Below, piece by piece: positions 24,958-39,256 of a stretch of DNA of 64,000 nt. Source of the DNA: Adineta vaga (taxonomy: Eukaryota > Animalia > Rotifera); the NCBI GenBank assembly GCA_021613535.1, contig CP075494.1, positions 7,998,001 to 8,062,000 of the forward strand. The letters are read 5' to 3'. Below the pieces are notes generated by a model. The model was not told the origin of the DNA. It did not search any database and saw only the letters and a list, made by a program, of their open reading frames with translations. The translations under genes and the position numbers were made by a program. Position 1 is the first letter of the stretch. Each line of letters begins with the position of its first letter.

Positions 24958-26223
24958 CTATTTCGAAGTAATAGGTCCACTGTTTTTCGATGACATTTTT
25001 CGTCGATGAGCTAAACGTACTAGAATATCAAAGATATTATCAAAACGATCCTCTTGTTACAAAAATACTTACAAGCATCTTTTAATGATGGGTGTGCATA
25101 GATCATTGCTTGTTCATAAGTCATTAATTTATCAGGTTCAGGTGGAGGTACATGGTGATGTTGTTGTTGTTGTTGAGGATTTGGTGATGTTCCAATAACC
25201 ATTGGTTTTGTAACTGATGAAGAATGTTGATTGATTTGTTGTTGGCGTTGTTGTGGTCCAAAATTTAATGATATCGATGAAGCGACAGATGCTGGTCGTG
25301 CCGGTAGATATTGTCGAGTATCTTGATGATTCATTTGTTCGTTTTCTTGAAAAATTTTGCTTAATTCTTTATTAATACGTTTAGTTTCATCTAATTCCAT
25401 CATTCCCTTTTTGATTTTATTCATTTGTCTTAACTATAAATCAGATCAAAAAGTATATTAATTTTCAATGAGAAATCTAAACTTGGGTTTTCTTTTCATT
25501 ACATATTCAATTCTGTGCAACATTAATTGATTCCATTTTGAATCTTGATAATCAAATACCTAATGGACAAGAATATTCTTTAGGGAAAATTTAGAATGCA
25601 ATCATTAATTTTACATCAAATAATTGTTTGTACATATTAGCATAAAGTTTACAGATTTGTTCGCGTACTTGAACTTCAGTCACATGAATTAATTCATAAC
25701 GTGGTAGAAATAAAACTTTTATCTGTGGTGGTAACTAAACAAATTCTTTCAATCAAGTCAATACTCGTTCGAATAACTTACATTCGAATTAATTGGATAG
25801 ATATGTGTTGATTTCGAACAAATAATACCTAGAAAAACATAGGTATATTAGAATAAGAGATTTTGTTTTACAATTATTATTGTTCATTGTATGCATGGCA
25901 CAATCTCGACAAATAATATGACCACATGGATGACAATAGGCTAGTGGTAATCGAGTGTTATTTGTACCATTATGTTCACGTCGTTTACAAACTTCACAAT
26001 AAACCCATTCTGGTATTGTGAAAGTTTGCATTGGTACAGGTGTTTTTGTTGTCTCCGATTGAACTAATTTTGGTGTTGGTGCACCAATACTATTGTTCAA
26101 CATAGATGAATCCAAATCCTATGAATTGTTTAAATGATGAAAATGAAAACGATTTAATGGAAACTATTTTACCACTGAAGCACGACTCGTAGTAGTGGAT
26201 GGTAAAATTCCATTGAGATTCAT
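24958..26223 (-). CDS. RNF212: RNF212/Zip3/ZHP-3-like RING finger + coiled-coil protein, 7 exons
   Basis: Spliced protein: ...PEWVYCEVC..CGHIICRDC..NCIIC..PINSNLPPQIKVLFLP..VFDYQDSKWNQL.. then a coiled coil and a Q/P/S-rich tail. The W-V-x-C-x2-C start of the RING and the post-RING 'I..FF..P' and 'F.[FY]Q' pattern match the RNF212 family. All junctions are GT-AG and in frame. Confidence 0.7.
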
Positions 26224-26696
26224 TATTCTTCTAAAGGAGATAATAGATTGAACTGAATCGATAATGATGATGATAGATTGATTTATTTATTTTGAGTTTA
26301 CCGCTAAAGAGGTTGATCATACTTAATTTGAACAGATTGTTATTTATCGATCGATATTAAATATACAGATAATTATTTAATGCAAAGAATAAATCACAAG
26401 TGAAATATTATTTGAGAATATAATTAGAAATTTATAGAGGACAGCACTGAACAATCAATCAATCGAATAGAATCGATTCTTTCACTGAAATTTGATAAAA
26501 TGATAAGATGGATGAAGATATGCTGTGATGTTTATATAGTCGTGAAAACACAATTTTTATCGAAATACAAAACACATCACATATGATAAATATGAAAAAT
26601 AAAATGAATAAAAAAAAGAACTTTGTGACTTTCTCAAGATTTCATTTTGTTTGATCAGAAAAAAACAAAATAAAATAAAACGACACCGGAGATAAT

Positions 26697-29562
26697 CTAG
26701 GATTCGTTATCAAGAGATATAGCTGTATGTTGTTGTTGATTGAGTAGAAAATTGATTGTATCATTCATCATTTGTAAACGTGTGCGAAACGATAGAGAAA
26801 TGAACGCATTATATTGAAGATGTGCTTCAATAGGCAATACATTCAACATTTGCCAAGCCCAACTAGGTCCATCCGCTAGGAAAGACATAAAAATTGAATT
26901 AAAATGTAAGAAATTTCGATAAAATGGTTTACTTAATTCATGATTGAGATCATCACATATTGGATATTCTTCTAATTGACGAGATATTAATGTTCGTCGA
27001 CCTATATCAAGTTGGTCAAACCAATGACGAACATTTTGATAAGTATTTCGATTTAATTGAAACAAATCTAAGAAGAGGAAAGGAAAGAATGCTATTAACG
27101 ATAAATGAATAAACTTAAACAAACCATCAAATTCTTCTTGTTCGATAGGATGATCTTGTATAAGTTGAACACGTGCTGTATAATATTGATCTCTCATTCC
27201 TCGATCAATAACACGAAAACGTTGTCGACCAATAGTATCCACAATAGAACGGCCATCTTGAGTGTATACAAGACCACGAATGTATAATAGCGTTCCATAA
27301 TCAGCAAATGTTCTATATCAAATATATATGTAAGTACAAATGAATAAATAGAACTTTTTCTCTTTTCTTCTTTCGATGATAGGCTTTTCATGATACTACG
27401 TTCTTTTGACTTCAAAGAGAGTGTGCTATGCATGCGACAAGGAGAGAAATGTGAACAAACAAACATGGTTTGTAAGATAATGTCTATGTATTTGTTCATG
27501 ACCACTTTAATTAAAAAGAGAGATTTTATCGATTTAATTGTCTTACTCTGTTTGTTCATCGTATGTACACATGCCAAAAGTTCTTGATTGAGTTGACATT
27601 GTTCGTCGTATCATTAATCGATAACGTGGTTCAAAGACATGTAGTGGACAAGAACAAAACGGTAGAGCTAATACACACATAAATATCGGTATTTCGAAGA
27701 TCAATGATTCAGTACTATTTGGCAATAACATCGGAATTAATACTCTAAAAAATCAATTCGATTTCAATGAAAGATCATGTTCTTCTTCTGAAGAAAAAAA
27801 GATCTTTTACCCTTGACTATTTTCTTGTTCATATAATTGTCGACGTTCTTGATATTCCTCAGGAAAATAACTTTCGATTAGTTGTGAAATTATTTCTGTT
27901 GTATTCACATATGACTGTATTAACATTGGAAAAAACTTCAAAAATGAAAAAATAGAATTAAAGATTTTCATAAAGATTATTGCTTTCGTTGGCCAACAAA
28001 ATTCGACAATTCTTACTTGTTCTAACGAATTTTTACACATTGGACATTGAACATTTGTATTATCTATCGAACGTATAAGACATTCTCGACAGAAAACATG
28101 ACCACATGGTGTTGTCACTGGAATCCATAGTAAACTAAAACAAAAGGTCAAAAGAACAAAATGATAGAAGTATGTTATATCATTTTCATACTTTATACAT
28201 ATGGAACATTCATAATCTTTCGCAGATATTTGTTCATGATCAAATAATGTACAAAGACAAGACGTTGACGCTACATTTCAAACGGTAAATACAATATTTT
28301 TCAATGAAAGCTTAACGTACTTGTTGATCGGCATGCAAGTAATTTCTTATCACATAGATCTGCAAGAATAAGAAGATTACATCTCATTTATATAATTCTT
28401 CAAGGCATTTAGATTATATATTCTTACCAGAAGCAACCGGTTCTTTAGCTTTATCATTCGACGATGATGAACATGTCTCTACACTTGTTTCTGTAGATAA
28501 TATATTTTCATTATCGTCATTATTATGTAAAACCGCATGAAGATGCTAGAATAAAATAAACTAATCAATCAAAAAAAAGACTATCAACCAAACTATCACG
28601 TACTTGAGCCATGATTTGTTTGCCTGTTTGATCTTCTGGATCTAAAGTAAGTCCTTGTAATGATGATAATAATGCTGATGTAAAACGTTGCATTTCAAAT
28701 AGTATTTGACTACGGCAATAATAACCCTAAACAAAACAATTCGTTTTTATCCCTAAAGCAATGTATTTCTTACTTTTCTCCAAAATGGCTTCAATCGAAT
28801 AACTTGTTCAATATCAGTCACAGCTTTATCAAATTGTTTCATTGTTTTATACGTTTTTGCTCGACCATAGTATGCCAGATGTTCATTATCATCTGAATAA
28901 TTTTCATAAAAACAAGAGTGAAAAAAAATGGTATGAAGAATCTTACATTTTGTAATAATTTGAGAATAAATTTCAATTGCTTGTAGATAATTCTCATTGA
29001 AATATTCATTTCGTGCTTGATGGCATAAGATAATATTTTCATGTTTGAATTTCAATGTTTTCGAATGGTCAATTATTTCTTTAAGAAAATGATTCCGATT
29101 AAAACGATTGTCTAATGCATATTGAATGGATGACGTAATTTGTCCTTGAATATTTTTTGGACAACGTGGGCAATCAATTGATCGTTTTCCTTCATCTTTA
29201 ATACATTGTTCACAATACGTATGACCACAATAAAGTGTTAAAGGTTCGTAAATTAAATCTTCACAGAAAAAACATATCCATGGACAAGCTATTATCGACG
29301 GTGATGATGATGATGATGATGATGATGCAGACATATGTTGTATCGCAATTTGTTGACAAATAGGTTCAAGTTCCGTAATTGTATAAGATAAAAATTGCGT
29401 ACCTGTTTTTTTCAAATCAGTCAAGAATGCTTGATAACAGTGGGTCAATGTTGATGCTTTACTTTTGCGAAATATTATTTTCTTGTGACCGGCTTTTAAT
29501 TTTTGTTTTCGTAAACGAACTAATGGTTTCTCTGCTGATAAATGACGAGAATTTGAGTACAT
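26697..29562 (-). CDS. LONRF: LON peptidase N-terminal domain and RING finger protein (RING, TPR, RING, LON/PUA-like)
   Basis: CFFCEDLIYEPLTLYCGHTYC; TPR (AYYGRAKTY..AVTDIEQVIRLKPFWRKGYYCR); ECSICI.LLWIPVTTPCGHVFCRECLIRS..CPMCK; IPIFMCVLALP..CPLHVFEPRYRLMIRR; DGRSIVDTIGRQRFRV; DGPSWAW. Confidence 0.95.
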
Positions 29563-30443
29563 GGTTGATATATTTGAAAGAAATTCAACATGTGAATAGA
29601 TATATGTACGTAAATGTTAAAAGTTTATAAATGTTCTTGATAAAGAAGAAAATATCGACTTCAATAAGACACAACTGATTACGTGAGCAACGTCTATTTG
29701 CTCGTTCTCTATTTTTTTTTCTTTCAGTTCCTTTCGTCTTTTCTCCCACACAATCTGAATGACGCGCTTTTTCTGTTCTTCCTCGGTCGCTTTCGGTTCT
29801 TTCTATATCTATCTTCGACTGATTACAACATCGCGAATCGTGCACTCTATAGAAGAGTTATGTAACTGTTTTTTTTATGATATACACATTGGAAAGAACG
29901 AAATAACCTACTTACTCCATTCGAAGTTAGAAGGAATAGGGTACATTGATTGCAAAAAAAGGCAATATATTCCAATCGATATTAATTTTCATTCTCATAT
30001 TTATAAATCATTTCATCGAAGAGAAAGAGTGAGAAACGAAAATAATTTCTCCACTGGATCAATCTCAAGATTGTTTTTGCTTATCTATCAGTCAAGGTAC
30101 TTGAAATACAATGTATGTTGGTGATGTTAACAATGAACTTTCGCAGTGCGTGTATCTTCAAAAACACTGCACTCTTCATAATTAGTATTACGTAATTTCT
30201 GCTAATTTTTGTTTAAATAGATGGAAAGAATTAATTTCATCACTATAAACTCTCATTCATTTCGTTTACAGACATTCAAAAGTGCATGCACTTATTCTTC
30301 AAATCCATATATATATATATATATATTTATAAATATATAATTAAACAAAAAAGGATAAATGTATCTACAATAACTCGATATAATTTTTAAAAAAATGAGA
30401 AAAGCCACATCGTTTCTTTGTTTTTTTTCGCACAAACAGAAAC

Positions 30444-33400
30444 TCATTTTCGTAATTGTTTGCAGAAATTCGAAGCTACATGGCAAGTTTTCGAGATTAT
30501 TTTATTTTTCTTTACATCAGATCTTTTTCTCGTTAAGACAGGTGGGGATGCTTGATAATTTTGTAATGGTAAATAACTAATACCATCCGGTAGTGCTCGA
30601 GATGCTCGACGTGTCCATTTATCATGTCCATTATTATGGACTAATTCCAAATACCATGAAAACATTTGATTACGTTCATCAAAACGAAATGAAAAACCAA
30701 ATGGTGTTTGACTAGGATTTTCGTCAGCAATTTCAGGAGGTAAAATCGTTAAAACTCGATATTCATTCATATCAAATGGATTCACAAAGCGACAATCAGC
30801 TCCAATATAGAGAAATATTTCTTCAATTGACCAAGATTTAATTAATGTTTGCTGTTGAAAAACGATACTTGAAGTTAAATCTTGTTGATTATTATTCGAT
30901 TTCCATTTTACTGATTTATCAGTTATGTTAGGTGGAATTCGATGAATTTGAAGCTGGATAAACAAGGGGAAAAAATTAGAAATAACAACAAATTAATTAA
31001 CACTATATTCATAAATAGAACTACATGAAGACAGAGGAGTGTGTGTGTGTCGTTTCTTATCTGTTTGAATTTTCAAAATTTGAGTCAGCTATTATCGCAT
31101 CACATTCTTTTCAATTCATTTCAAAAGACTGCTGTATATAGAAAACAGAAAGGGAATTTTCTAATTTCTGAAGTATTACATTACAACTCTGACCAGAAAT
31201 TTTCCATACATATTTCTGTTATAGATAGATAAGTTTAATTTATCCTGTCACATTGAAGATATTCTCAGAGAGACATAGACAACACGATTTCACTCACCAT
31301 TGCTTTTTCAAATACCCATAAACATGGTATCCATCGTTGATTTGATATATCAAAGTATTCACATTGAATAGAATTATTATTAAAAATCGATGGTCGTTTT
31401 TCTAAACGTTCTTTTTCAAATTGAATATAATTAAGTTTAACAACAAAGGTTGCTTGACGGTTTAATTCATGTGATAAGTATGTTCGATAACGATATAAAA
31501 CTTCCGATATATTTTCACATGAATACATTGGTCGTTCAAGATTTTGATCAATAATAACTTCGAATAAACTCCAAAAGAAGCAATCATTTTGATTTATTTG
31601 TTTGAGTAATTTATCGATAATCATATCGGCAGTTGTTTCTTGTCCGGAAATATTCATCGCATAACCATTGAATTCATCAGCACGAGATTCAAAATAAACG
31701 GAAATCATTGCACCATCTAATAATCGTGGAATGGTTTGATTTTCACGAACAGAAATCAATGTTTCTATACAATGTTTTTCATGTTCAATTTCCTCATAAG
31801 TTACATCGAATAGTTCACGATAATATTTACAAAGATTCGTTAGAATGATAAGATTTGCTTGAAGTGAAGGTATAACATGAGCATAGGATGATGATACAGG
31901 GTATTGAGAGAGAGATGAAACAGATGCTAAGGATTGACGACGAGATGCTAAATAAATAGAATTCTTTTAGATCAATAGTTTATGAGTAGAACAACATATC
32001 GGATACTTGCCAAAGATTATAACATTACCTTTAGAAAGTATTGATTGATTTCTTTTCACATTCGATGACATTGGTCTATTATTCTGCTCGAATATTATTT
32101 CCGATTCGTTATCCATATCTTGCAAGTCAAGATTATCGAGCGATCTATTACGATATTCAAATCGATCATCTTTGTAATCTATCGGTACGGATATATCTTG
32201 TGATATAAGACATGGTGCAAAGGTTGAAATAAGATTTGATAAAGTCATGCCATTTCTATCAGCTAAAGCAGCAACTGTATGAATATGTAATAGCATTGTT
32301 CTTAATGTTGAATAATGTATAGGAAAATGTTGTTTTAAATCTTTAATCAAACCACGATAATATTGTATCATCTGTTCTTCTGTCATTGTTTTCTCAACAG
32401 TTGAACGTAACCATGCATGATAATTTTGACGTGTACCAAGTAATGGAATATCTAAATGACGTAGAAATCGTTTTAAAGCATTTGCAACATCATGTTCACT
32501 ATAGATTTCATGTGATAAGAGATGAGTAAATGGATCCGCTAGACATTCAGATAATAATTGTTTTACTTTGGATTCTTGTCCAGCTTGACGGTAGATACCT
32601 ATATTAAAGAAAACATTCAATAAAATGTCAAACAATTCAATCATCTTTACCTTTCGTTTGTAAACCATGTTCAAAAATGAAATTAATAAATCGTTCAACG
32701 ATAACCGGTATATTTTGTGATGTTAATATTTGTTTATTTAAATCAGTTAATGTATGAACTTGAATTGCTTGATGAAGACATGAATATAACATATTTGTTA
32801 ATTTAGTTATTGGTGAGGATAAATAAAGAAAACGATTGGAAACAAGACATAAAACAACACCTGTAAATTCTGGAGTTTTTTGATGAGCTAAAACAAGAAC
32901 AAAAGATATATGAAAAGAAAATCTTTTTTTTTAATTTTTATTTACTTAAACTTGAATATTTTCTTAGATCAACTTCATCAAATGTCGTATCCGAACAAAG
33001 AACAAATCGTCCTGAATAAACCATAGCGATAACTTGTTGTTTTTCCGCATTTATTCCTTCTTGTACATTTAATTTCATTAATAAAATAAAATCTGAATAG
33101 ATTAATTGATGATATGAATATTCTCGTTTAATTATTTCACGTATCCATACAGAACGTTCAAGTTCATTAGGAAATACCCATACATATTCATTCGTAGATG
33201 TTTGCTCATCAACAATCAATGTACATTGACAATTGACATTCGCTGTACTTGCACTTGATAATCGACATCTCAATGAAACACCATGTACAGATTGATTACA
33301 AATAGCAAGAATATTATTTAAATCAATTTCAAATAAACATCGTTGAGATTTTTCACAATTTGTTGATGAAAATGGAAAGATTTTCAAATGATTATTTTCA

Positions 33401-35660
33401 TAACGTGTTAGAAATTCTTTCAAAACACCATGTTTAGTCGATAAATAAACAGTTGTTTCATTAATATCTTCTAAGTTTGTCTTCATAAAGTCAAAATCAG
33501 AAAAACCTATGCATAAAATATTATACACACATAAATGTTGACTAATTGGTTTAAAAGATGTGAGTATGGTACAGAAATTCTGACTACGATTGTTTTCTTT
33601 CTTCTAAATACCCCTAAAACTATCAGACATAACTACGAAAAGAAAGAAGTACTTGATACAAGGTTGTCCATTATTTCAAAATGAAATCATGATCACAGTA
33701 GTACGTCTCAACTACTTGTCAACATACACATTCTCTGCACTGTATTTGTAAAATAAAAGAGAAGATTCGATATCATTTCGTAATGAATTGTACTAGATTC
33801 TTGTACTTTTTTCAATCGATTGATAACGAATAACTACATACTATGCAACCCAAAATGCAAACTACGGATTTATTCCAAACGTAGAAGAACACGTTTAATG
33901 TTAGTCAATCTACTAGGTTTTAGTGAATGTACATGCTGTTACTACCGATTTATTATCTCTAACAATTCGATAATCTTCTTTCGTAAATATATACATGAAA
34001 TAAAACAACAAGACTAAATAATATTTATATATAAAGAGAGGATCATTTACTTTTCTCAAGCGAATAGACTTACCTCCATTTGCAAGAATAATTTTCATTT
34101 GTTTCATTTGTTGATGTCGTTTGGCATGATCAGTTATAGCAAACATCTTTTCCGAATAATTTGGATTTGCTCCTAACATTAATAAATGTAATGTTTTACC
34201 ATAGTCGGATGTTTCAACATTTTCATATAGCATCCTATTCAATTCATCTTGTGGTATCATTTGATTTTGATGATAGGGTTGAAGATAAATCTTTTCAATA
34301 TATTTCTTTCTTATATATTGTTCACGTTCGAAATCAGTGGATTGATCAGTTGGTTTAACACGATATGAAGATTCATTTTCTAATAAACTATTCGAAAATT
34401 GATTTCCATATTCGAAAAGTAATTCAATTAGATGAGGATCACATGCAATAGTAAGTAATGATTGAAGACGAAGAAAATCTGATGTTAACAAACGATGAAT
34501 AGCTATAAGAGACAAATGAACGCGAAATTTAATTTAATCAATTGAACACTTACCAGCACATCTTTTACAAATAACTAAAAGCCATGACATAATCGCAACT
34601 GTTGGATGTTCTGCATTACAATCAGCACATTCACGATTACTCAGATTTTCTTGTACTCTTTCGAGATATATTGTAGTTCGTTCTTAATAAATAGGAATAA
34701 ATACCTCATATATATATATATATGTATTATGATCAATTATATTTTTCTTACTTGGAACAACCGGACCACCACCTCCACCACTATCACTAGTACTTATTGA
34801 TGTATTGGCAAAATCATCGATTAAAACTGAAACTGGACTTGCTTTTTGAGACATTGGCTCTGCTAATGATCTAGAAGACAACTTCTTTTTTTCATTTTGA
34901 TAGATTACATTATTTATACATACTGATTATCATTTTGATTATGCGGTAATAATTGTTGTTCTTCTTCAGGTGCCTAGATGAAAGTTAATTATGAGAACTT
35001 TTCAATTAAATAATAATCTCAAATCAACTTCGAATAATCATCTTTTATTTTATTTTCTTATCGAATGTCAAGCAGCGAGCGAAGACATAGCATACTTTTC
35101 TTTTTTCTTATTCTTTCGTTCCTATGATGTAAAAGATGACATTGAAATATACACATTTTCTTTTCTATTCAAGTAAAAATAAAACATATTCACAAGAAAT
35201 TATTTACCGATAATGAAGGTTGATCTGAAGTGATTGACGAATTTGAATAGGTCATTGAATTGTCATCAGGTGTCGATGATGTAATATAGAATAAAGTTGT
35301 ATTTGATGGATTAAATGAAATTGAACGATGAATGGCATCGATTTTTGAAAGACTGGTAAGATTATTGATTCGATTGACAGATGCAATACTCGGTACACGA
35401 AAAATAACATCATTCTCTGAATTCATTGTAGGTTTTTCAACGGGATTGTTAGTGACTAAGAAAGAAGAAAACGAATTTTGCAAATTTTCAATCATTGAAT
35501 TTCGATATTTACCATTCATAAGTGTAGTATCATTCGAACTGATAGCAATCGGTTCTTTTACATTTGGTTTGATTTTTCTATTTGGATTTAGTACAGGTCG
35601 ATTTTTAAAAATGGAATTCGATAGACGAGGTTCACAGGGTATATCAAAAGAAGGATCCAT
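30444..35660 (-). CDS. ARAP: ARAP/centaurin-delta-like protein (ArfGAP, ankyrin, PH, RhoGAP, RA, PH)
   Basis: NRECADCNAEHP..VICKRCA.IHR (ArfGAP), REQYIRKKY, LLMLGANPN (ankyrin), IPVIVERFINF..GLQTKGIYRQAGQESKV and NGMTLSNLISTFAPCL (RhoGAP), WSLFEVIIDQNLERP (RA), TPFGFSF (PH). 3' end approximate. Confidence 0.88.
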
Positions 35661-35753
35661 CTAGAATAAAAATCACCGTTTTATCGCATAGAAAAAAAAG
35701 ATGAAACTAGAAAAAACAAACGAATATCACATAAATTTCTGAAAATTTTTCTA

Positions 35754-36843
35754 TCAGTCTTTTATCGACTGATTATCTTGCAAAAGAAATTGATTACGAA
35801 TACGCTGAGCATCGAATGAATGAGGATTCATAATACAAACAAGATCTTGCCAACGTTCATCATCACGCATTTGACGATAATAACTATAGGATTGAAGACG
35901 TTTCTTTTTATGATAATCACTTTCTTTTTTAGCAAATTTCATTGTTACTAAACTTGCAATCGGTTCAGGTTTATTTTCTTCACTTTCACTGCCTGATTGT
36001 TCACCATCACTACCATACATTGGATCATCTTCAATCAAATTTGCATCTTTGGTATTTGCGGAACCTGATGTTGATGATGTTGTATCGAGATAATTGAATT
36101 GTGGTCGAAGTTGAATAATAGATTTCAATGGACATAGAACTAAACGACGAGTTATAGTGTCAAACAAACCGACAAAATAACGATCACCTGAAAGAATATG
36201 AAATAGATAATCATGATTCAGTTTTCGAAAATTATCAATTTCAGACACAAAAAAGTGAGTTGCCTGCGAAAATACGTGAAGAATTTACATATAAACGTAG
36301 GTGCGTCTATTCACTTTATAATTTATAATGTTTACGAAAGAAAAAATGTTAGAATATACATTCTTTCAAGGGTTGCACAAAAACCCTTCTCTTTCTTACG
36401 AAAACAAAATATTGTCACGTATTTTGTTAACATAACATTTTTGAGACGAAAAATCGACAAAGGTGAAAGGCTATTTCGGATAAGTTCTCGTTTTTGCTCT
36501 TACCATCTGACGAAATTGTTGATGCAATCGTTTGTTTATCCATACGATCACTATTGAAAAATTGTTTTCCGTTCTCATTATTTGTACTATCCGCAAATTG
36601 TTTTCCACGAGCTGGATAGTAATTAGTTGATTGTGAATCAATTAATAGATCCATTTCAACTAATGATTGTTTTTCTTTAATTCGTGCACTTGTAAATGAT
36701 GTTTCATCATACGAACGGTAATGGGGTCGAATAGGATATTGAAATAAGTATATGGATTGTGCTGTTCGACGAAGTTCTACATCGACTTCGTAGAGAAGTT
36801 CATCATCTTCATCGATATCCATTGATGTATGACCATTCGTCAT
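35754..36843 (-). CDS. POLR3E: RNA polymerase III subunit RPC5/C37 (Sin_N domain only, ~258 aa), 2 exons
   Basis: DDELLYEVDV, IYLFQYPIRP, ARIKEKQSLVEMDLLID..STNY, MDKQT, RYFVGL, LCPLKSIIQLRPQFNYLD, VTMKFAKKES..RLQSYSY, DERW. Confidence 0.92.
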
Positions 36844-37065
36844 GATGAAAAAGAAAACTAATTGATGAATAAATAAAATTAAAAAAAGAACAGTTTCTTT
36901 TTTTTTACTTCTCGACTAAAAACGAACGAACAAGGACGAAGCGTGAATCATTCAATAAGGATTTCAATGTGGCGACACATAGGAAAAATTTTATTTGTAG
37001 GTAGAATTTGACCATTAGGAACATTTCGTGATTCAACTTAATTTATTATTTATTTCTGATTGAAA
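36844..37065. promoter_or_regulatory. Putative bidirectional promoter between head-to-head POLR3E and REP/CHM
   Basis: Only 222 bp separate the two divergent start codons (36843 minus, 37066 plus). Confidence 0.55.
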
Positions 37066-39256
37066 ATGCTTGAAGGATTGCCACGCGAATACGATGTTAT
37101 CATCGTTGGAACTGGTAAGGAAAATATTTGATATGAATTTAACATGGAAAATTTTTACGTATCTAGGAATGGTGGAGAGTATTCTTGCAGCTGCTTGCGC
37201 TCGAATTGGTAAAAGTGTACTTCATATTGATATGTAAGATAAAATTTAAAGACGAGATAATGATGATAGAATTGTTTTAGAAATGATTATTATGGTGCAG
37301 AATGGGCATCATTTTCATTGGATGCTCTGACAGAATGGATTCAAAAACAAGAAAATCTGCCAGTATGTCTTTTAAAAATCTAAATGAAAGTTAAAGATTT
37401 GTCATTGTATTAGACAAATGTCATTCCAGAAGATCAAAATGAAAAAGTTGTACCAATTAGTGATCCAAAAAATCTTTTTCGTAATATACAATTGAAATGG
37501 AATATTCAGTAAGATTGATAAGAAAAGATATACTTCATTCAACTGATTGCTTTCTAAGAGAAACCAATGAAGAAACATCAACAGTAGATAGTGATTCACC
37601 AAAGTCAATTACATTGACTGAATTGAAGAAACAATCAAGAAAATTTAATATTGATTTAACACCTAAAGTTAGAATTATGATTTGTGAAGGAGCTCTTTTA
37701 AACAATTGATTTTGTTTATTTAGCTTTATTATGCATCAGGTGGTCTTATTGATCTTCTTGTTCAATCTAACGTCGCAAAATATTGTGAATTTAAACTTGT
37801 TTCTCGTCTTTTATTAGAACGTAATGGTCAACTTGCGAATGTAAGAAGAAACTATTCGAATAAAATCTCACTTATTTTATCATCTAGGTTCCAAGTTCTC
37901 GTGCCGATATTTTTAATTCCAATGATATAAATCTTATTGATAAACGTCTATTAATGAAAGTAATCATGAATTGTTCATCCATGTCTATCACTGATCTCAA
38001 TGAAGGTAACTTATTTCTCTAAAAGAATATATTCGAATTCATTGAATTATTCAAGATCAAAATCTTCCATTTATTGATTATTTAAAAAAACAAAAATTAA
38101 ATGATGCACTGTGTCATTTAATTATCAACTCAATTTCAATGGTAGATTACAATGCTACGACAGAAGAAGTATTTTCTTTTTCTATTTATTGATCTTTCAT
38201 TATTGAAAATCATTTTTTCTTCAGGGTTTTATCAAAGCTAAACGATATTTAGATTCGCTTGGTCGGTATGGAAATTCACCATTTCTTTTCCCGTTGTATG
38301 GAAATGGTGAAATGACTCAAGCTTTTTGTCGTCTATGTGCAGTTTTTGGTGGCATTCAATTTTTACGTTTTCCATTGGCTGGTTTTACTATTGATTGCTC
38401 GACAAATCAATGTTCTGGTATTGTTGCAACAACAGGAGAAAGATTTCGAGCGAAAGATATGGTTATTTGTAACAATGCTTATATGGAATCGATTTCAGAA
38501 AACAAGCATGTAAATCATCGAATTGTTTTATTCACAAATCAATCGATTAAAACAAGTGAAAAAGAAGAGGTAGCGAAAATCTGATTTTCTAAGGAAAATT
38601 TCGATGTAAAATGAATTATTCTAGATTACATATCTTCGTCTAAGTAGTCCGAATGAAACAGGTATTCATGTGATCGAAGTTGGCTATGGACCTGGATGTG
38701 CTCCAGATGGATTTTGTATGTATTGATAAAACTCTAAATGACTCGAGTTTTTTTTTGTCGTTTAGTTCTTTTATATCTATTTCCAGAAAAATCACAAATT
38801 GGTACATGTGAAAATACAGATCAAATTATCGAACGTTTATTAAAATTAACAGGAGGTAAACTATTGACATAAGTTCCTATTGAATTCGCTTTTTTTCATA
38901 ATAGATCGTTTTAATCGAACAAATATTCTTGGACAATTTACATTCGATCAAGTCGAAACAATATCTACATCATCAGCATCATCTGTTTCGAAACTTTTAC
39001 TTACTCATGGACCTGATGGGACAATTCATCATGACAGTGCTGTGAACACGGTTTGTATTCATCTCTTTTTCAACATAAAAATGTCTGAGATTCAATCTTC
39101 TAGGCACGAACTTTATTCTATGAAATCTATTCTAATCGTGAAGAATTTTTAGAACGGGCACCTGATCCGGAAGATATAGTTATTGAAGATTCAAGCAATA
39201 CTGATGAAACTTCTACAACAAATACAAATGCAAATACAGAAAACGAAGATTCATAA
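37066..39256 (+). CDS. CHM: Rab escort protein (REP1/CHM, GDI family), multi-exon
   Basis: [134 protein letters not shown]. The insert after the first conserved region distinguishes it from GDI. Confidence 0.94.
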
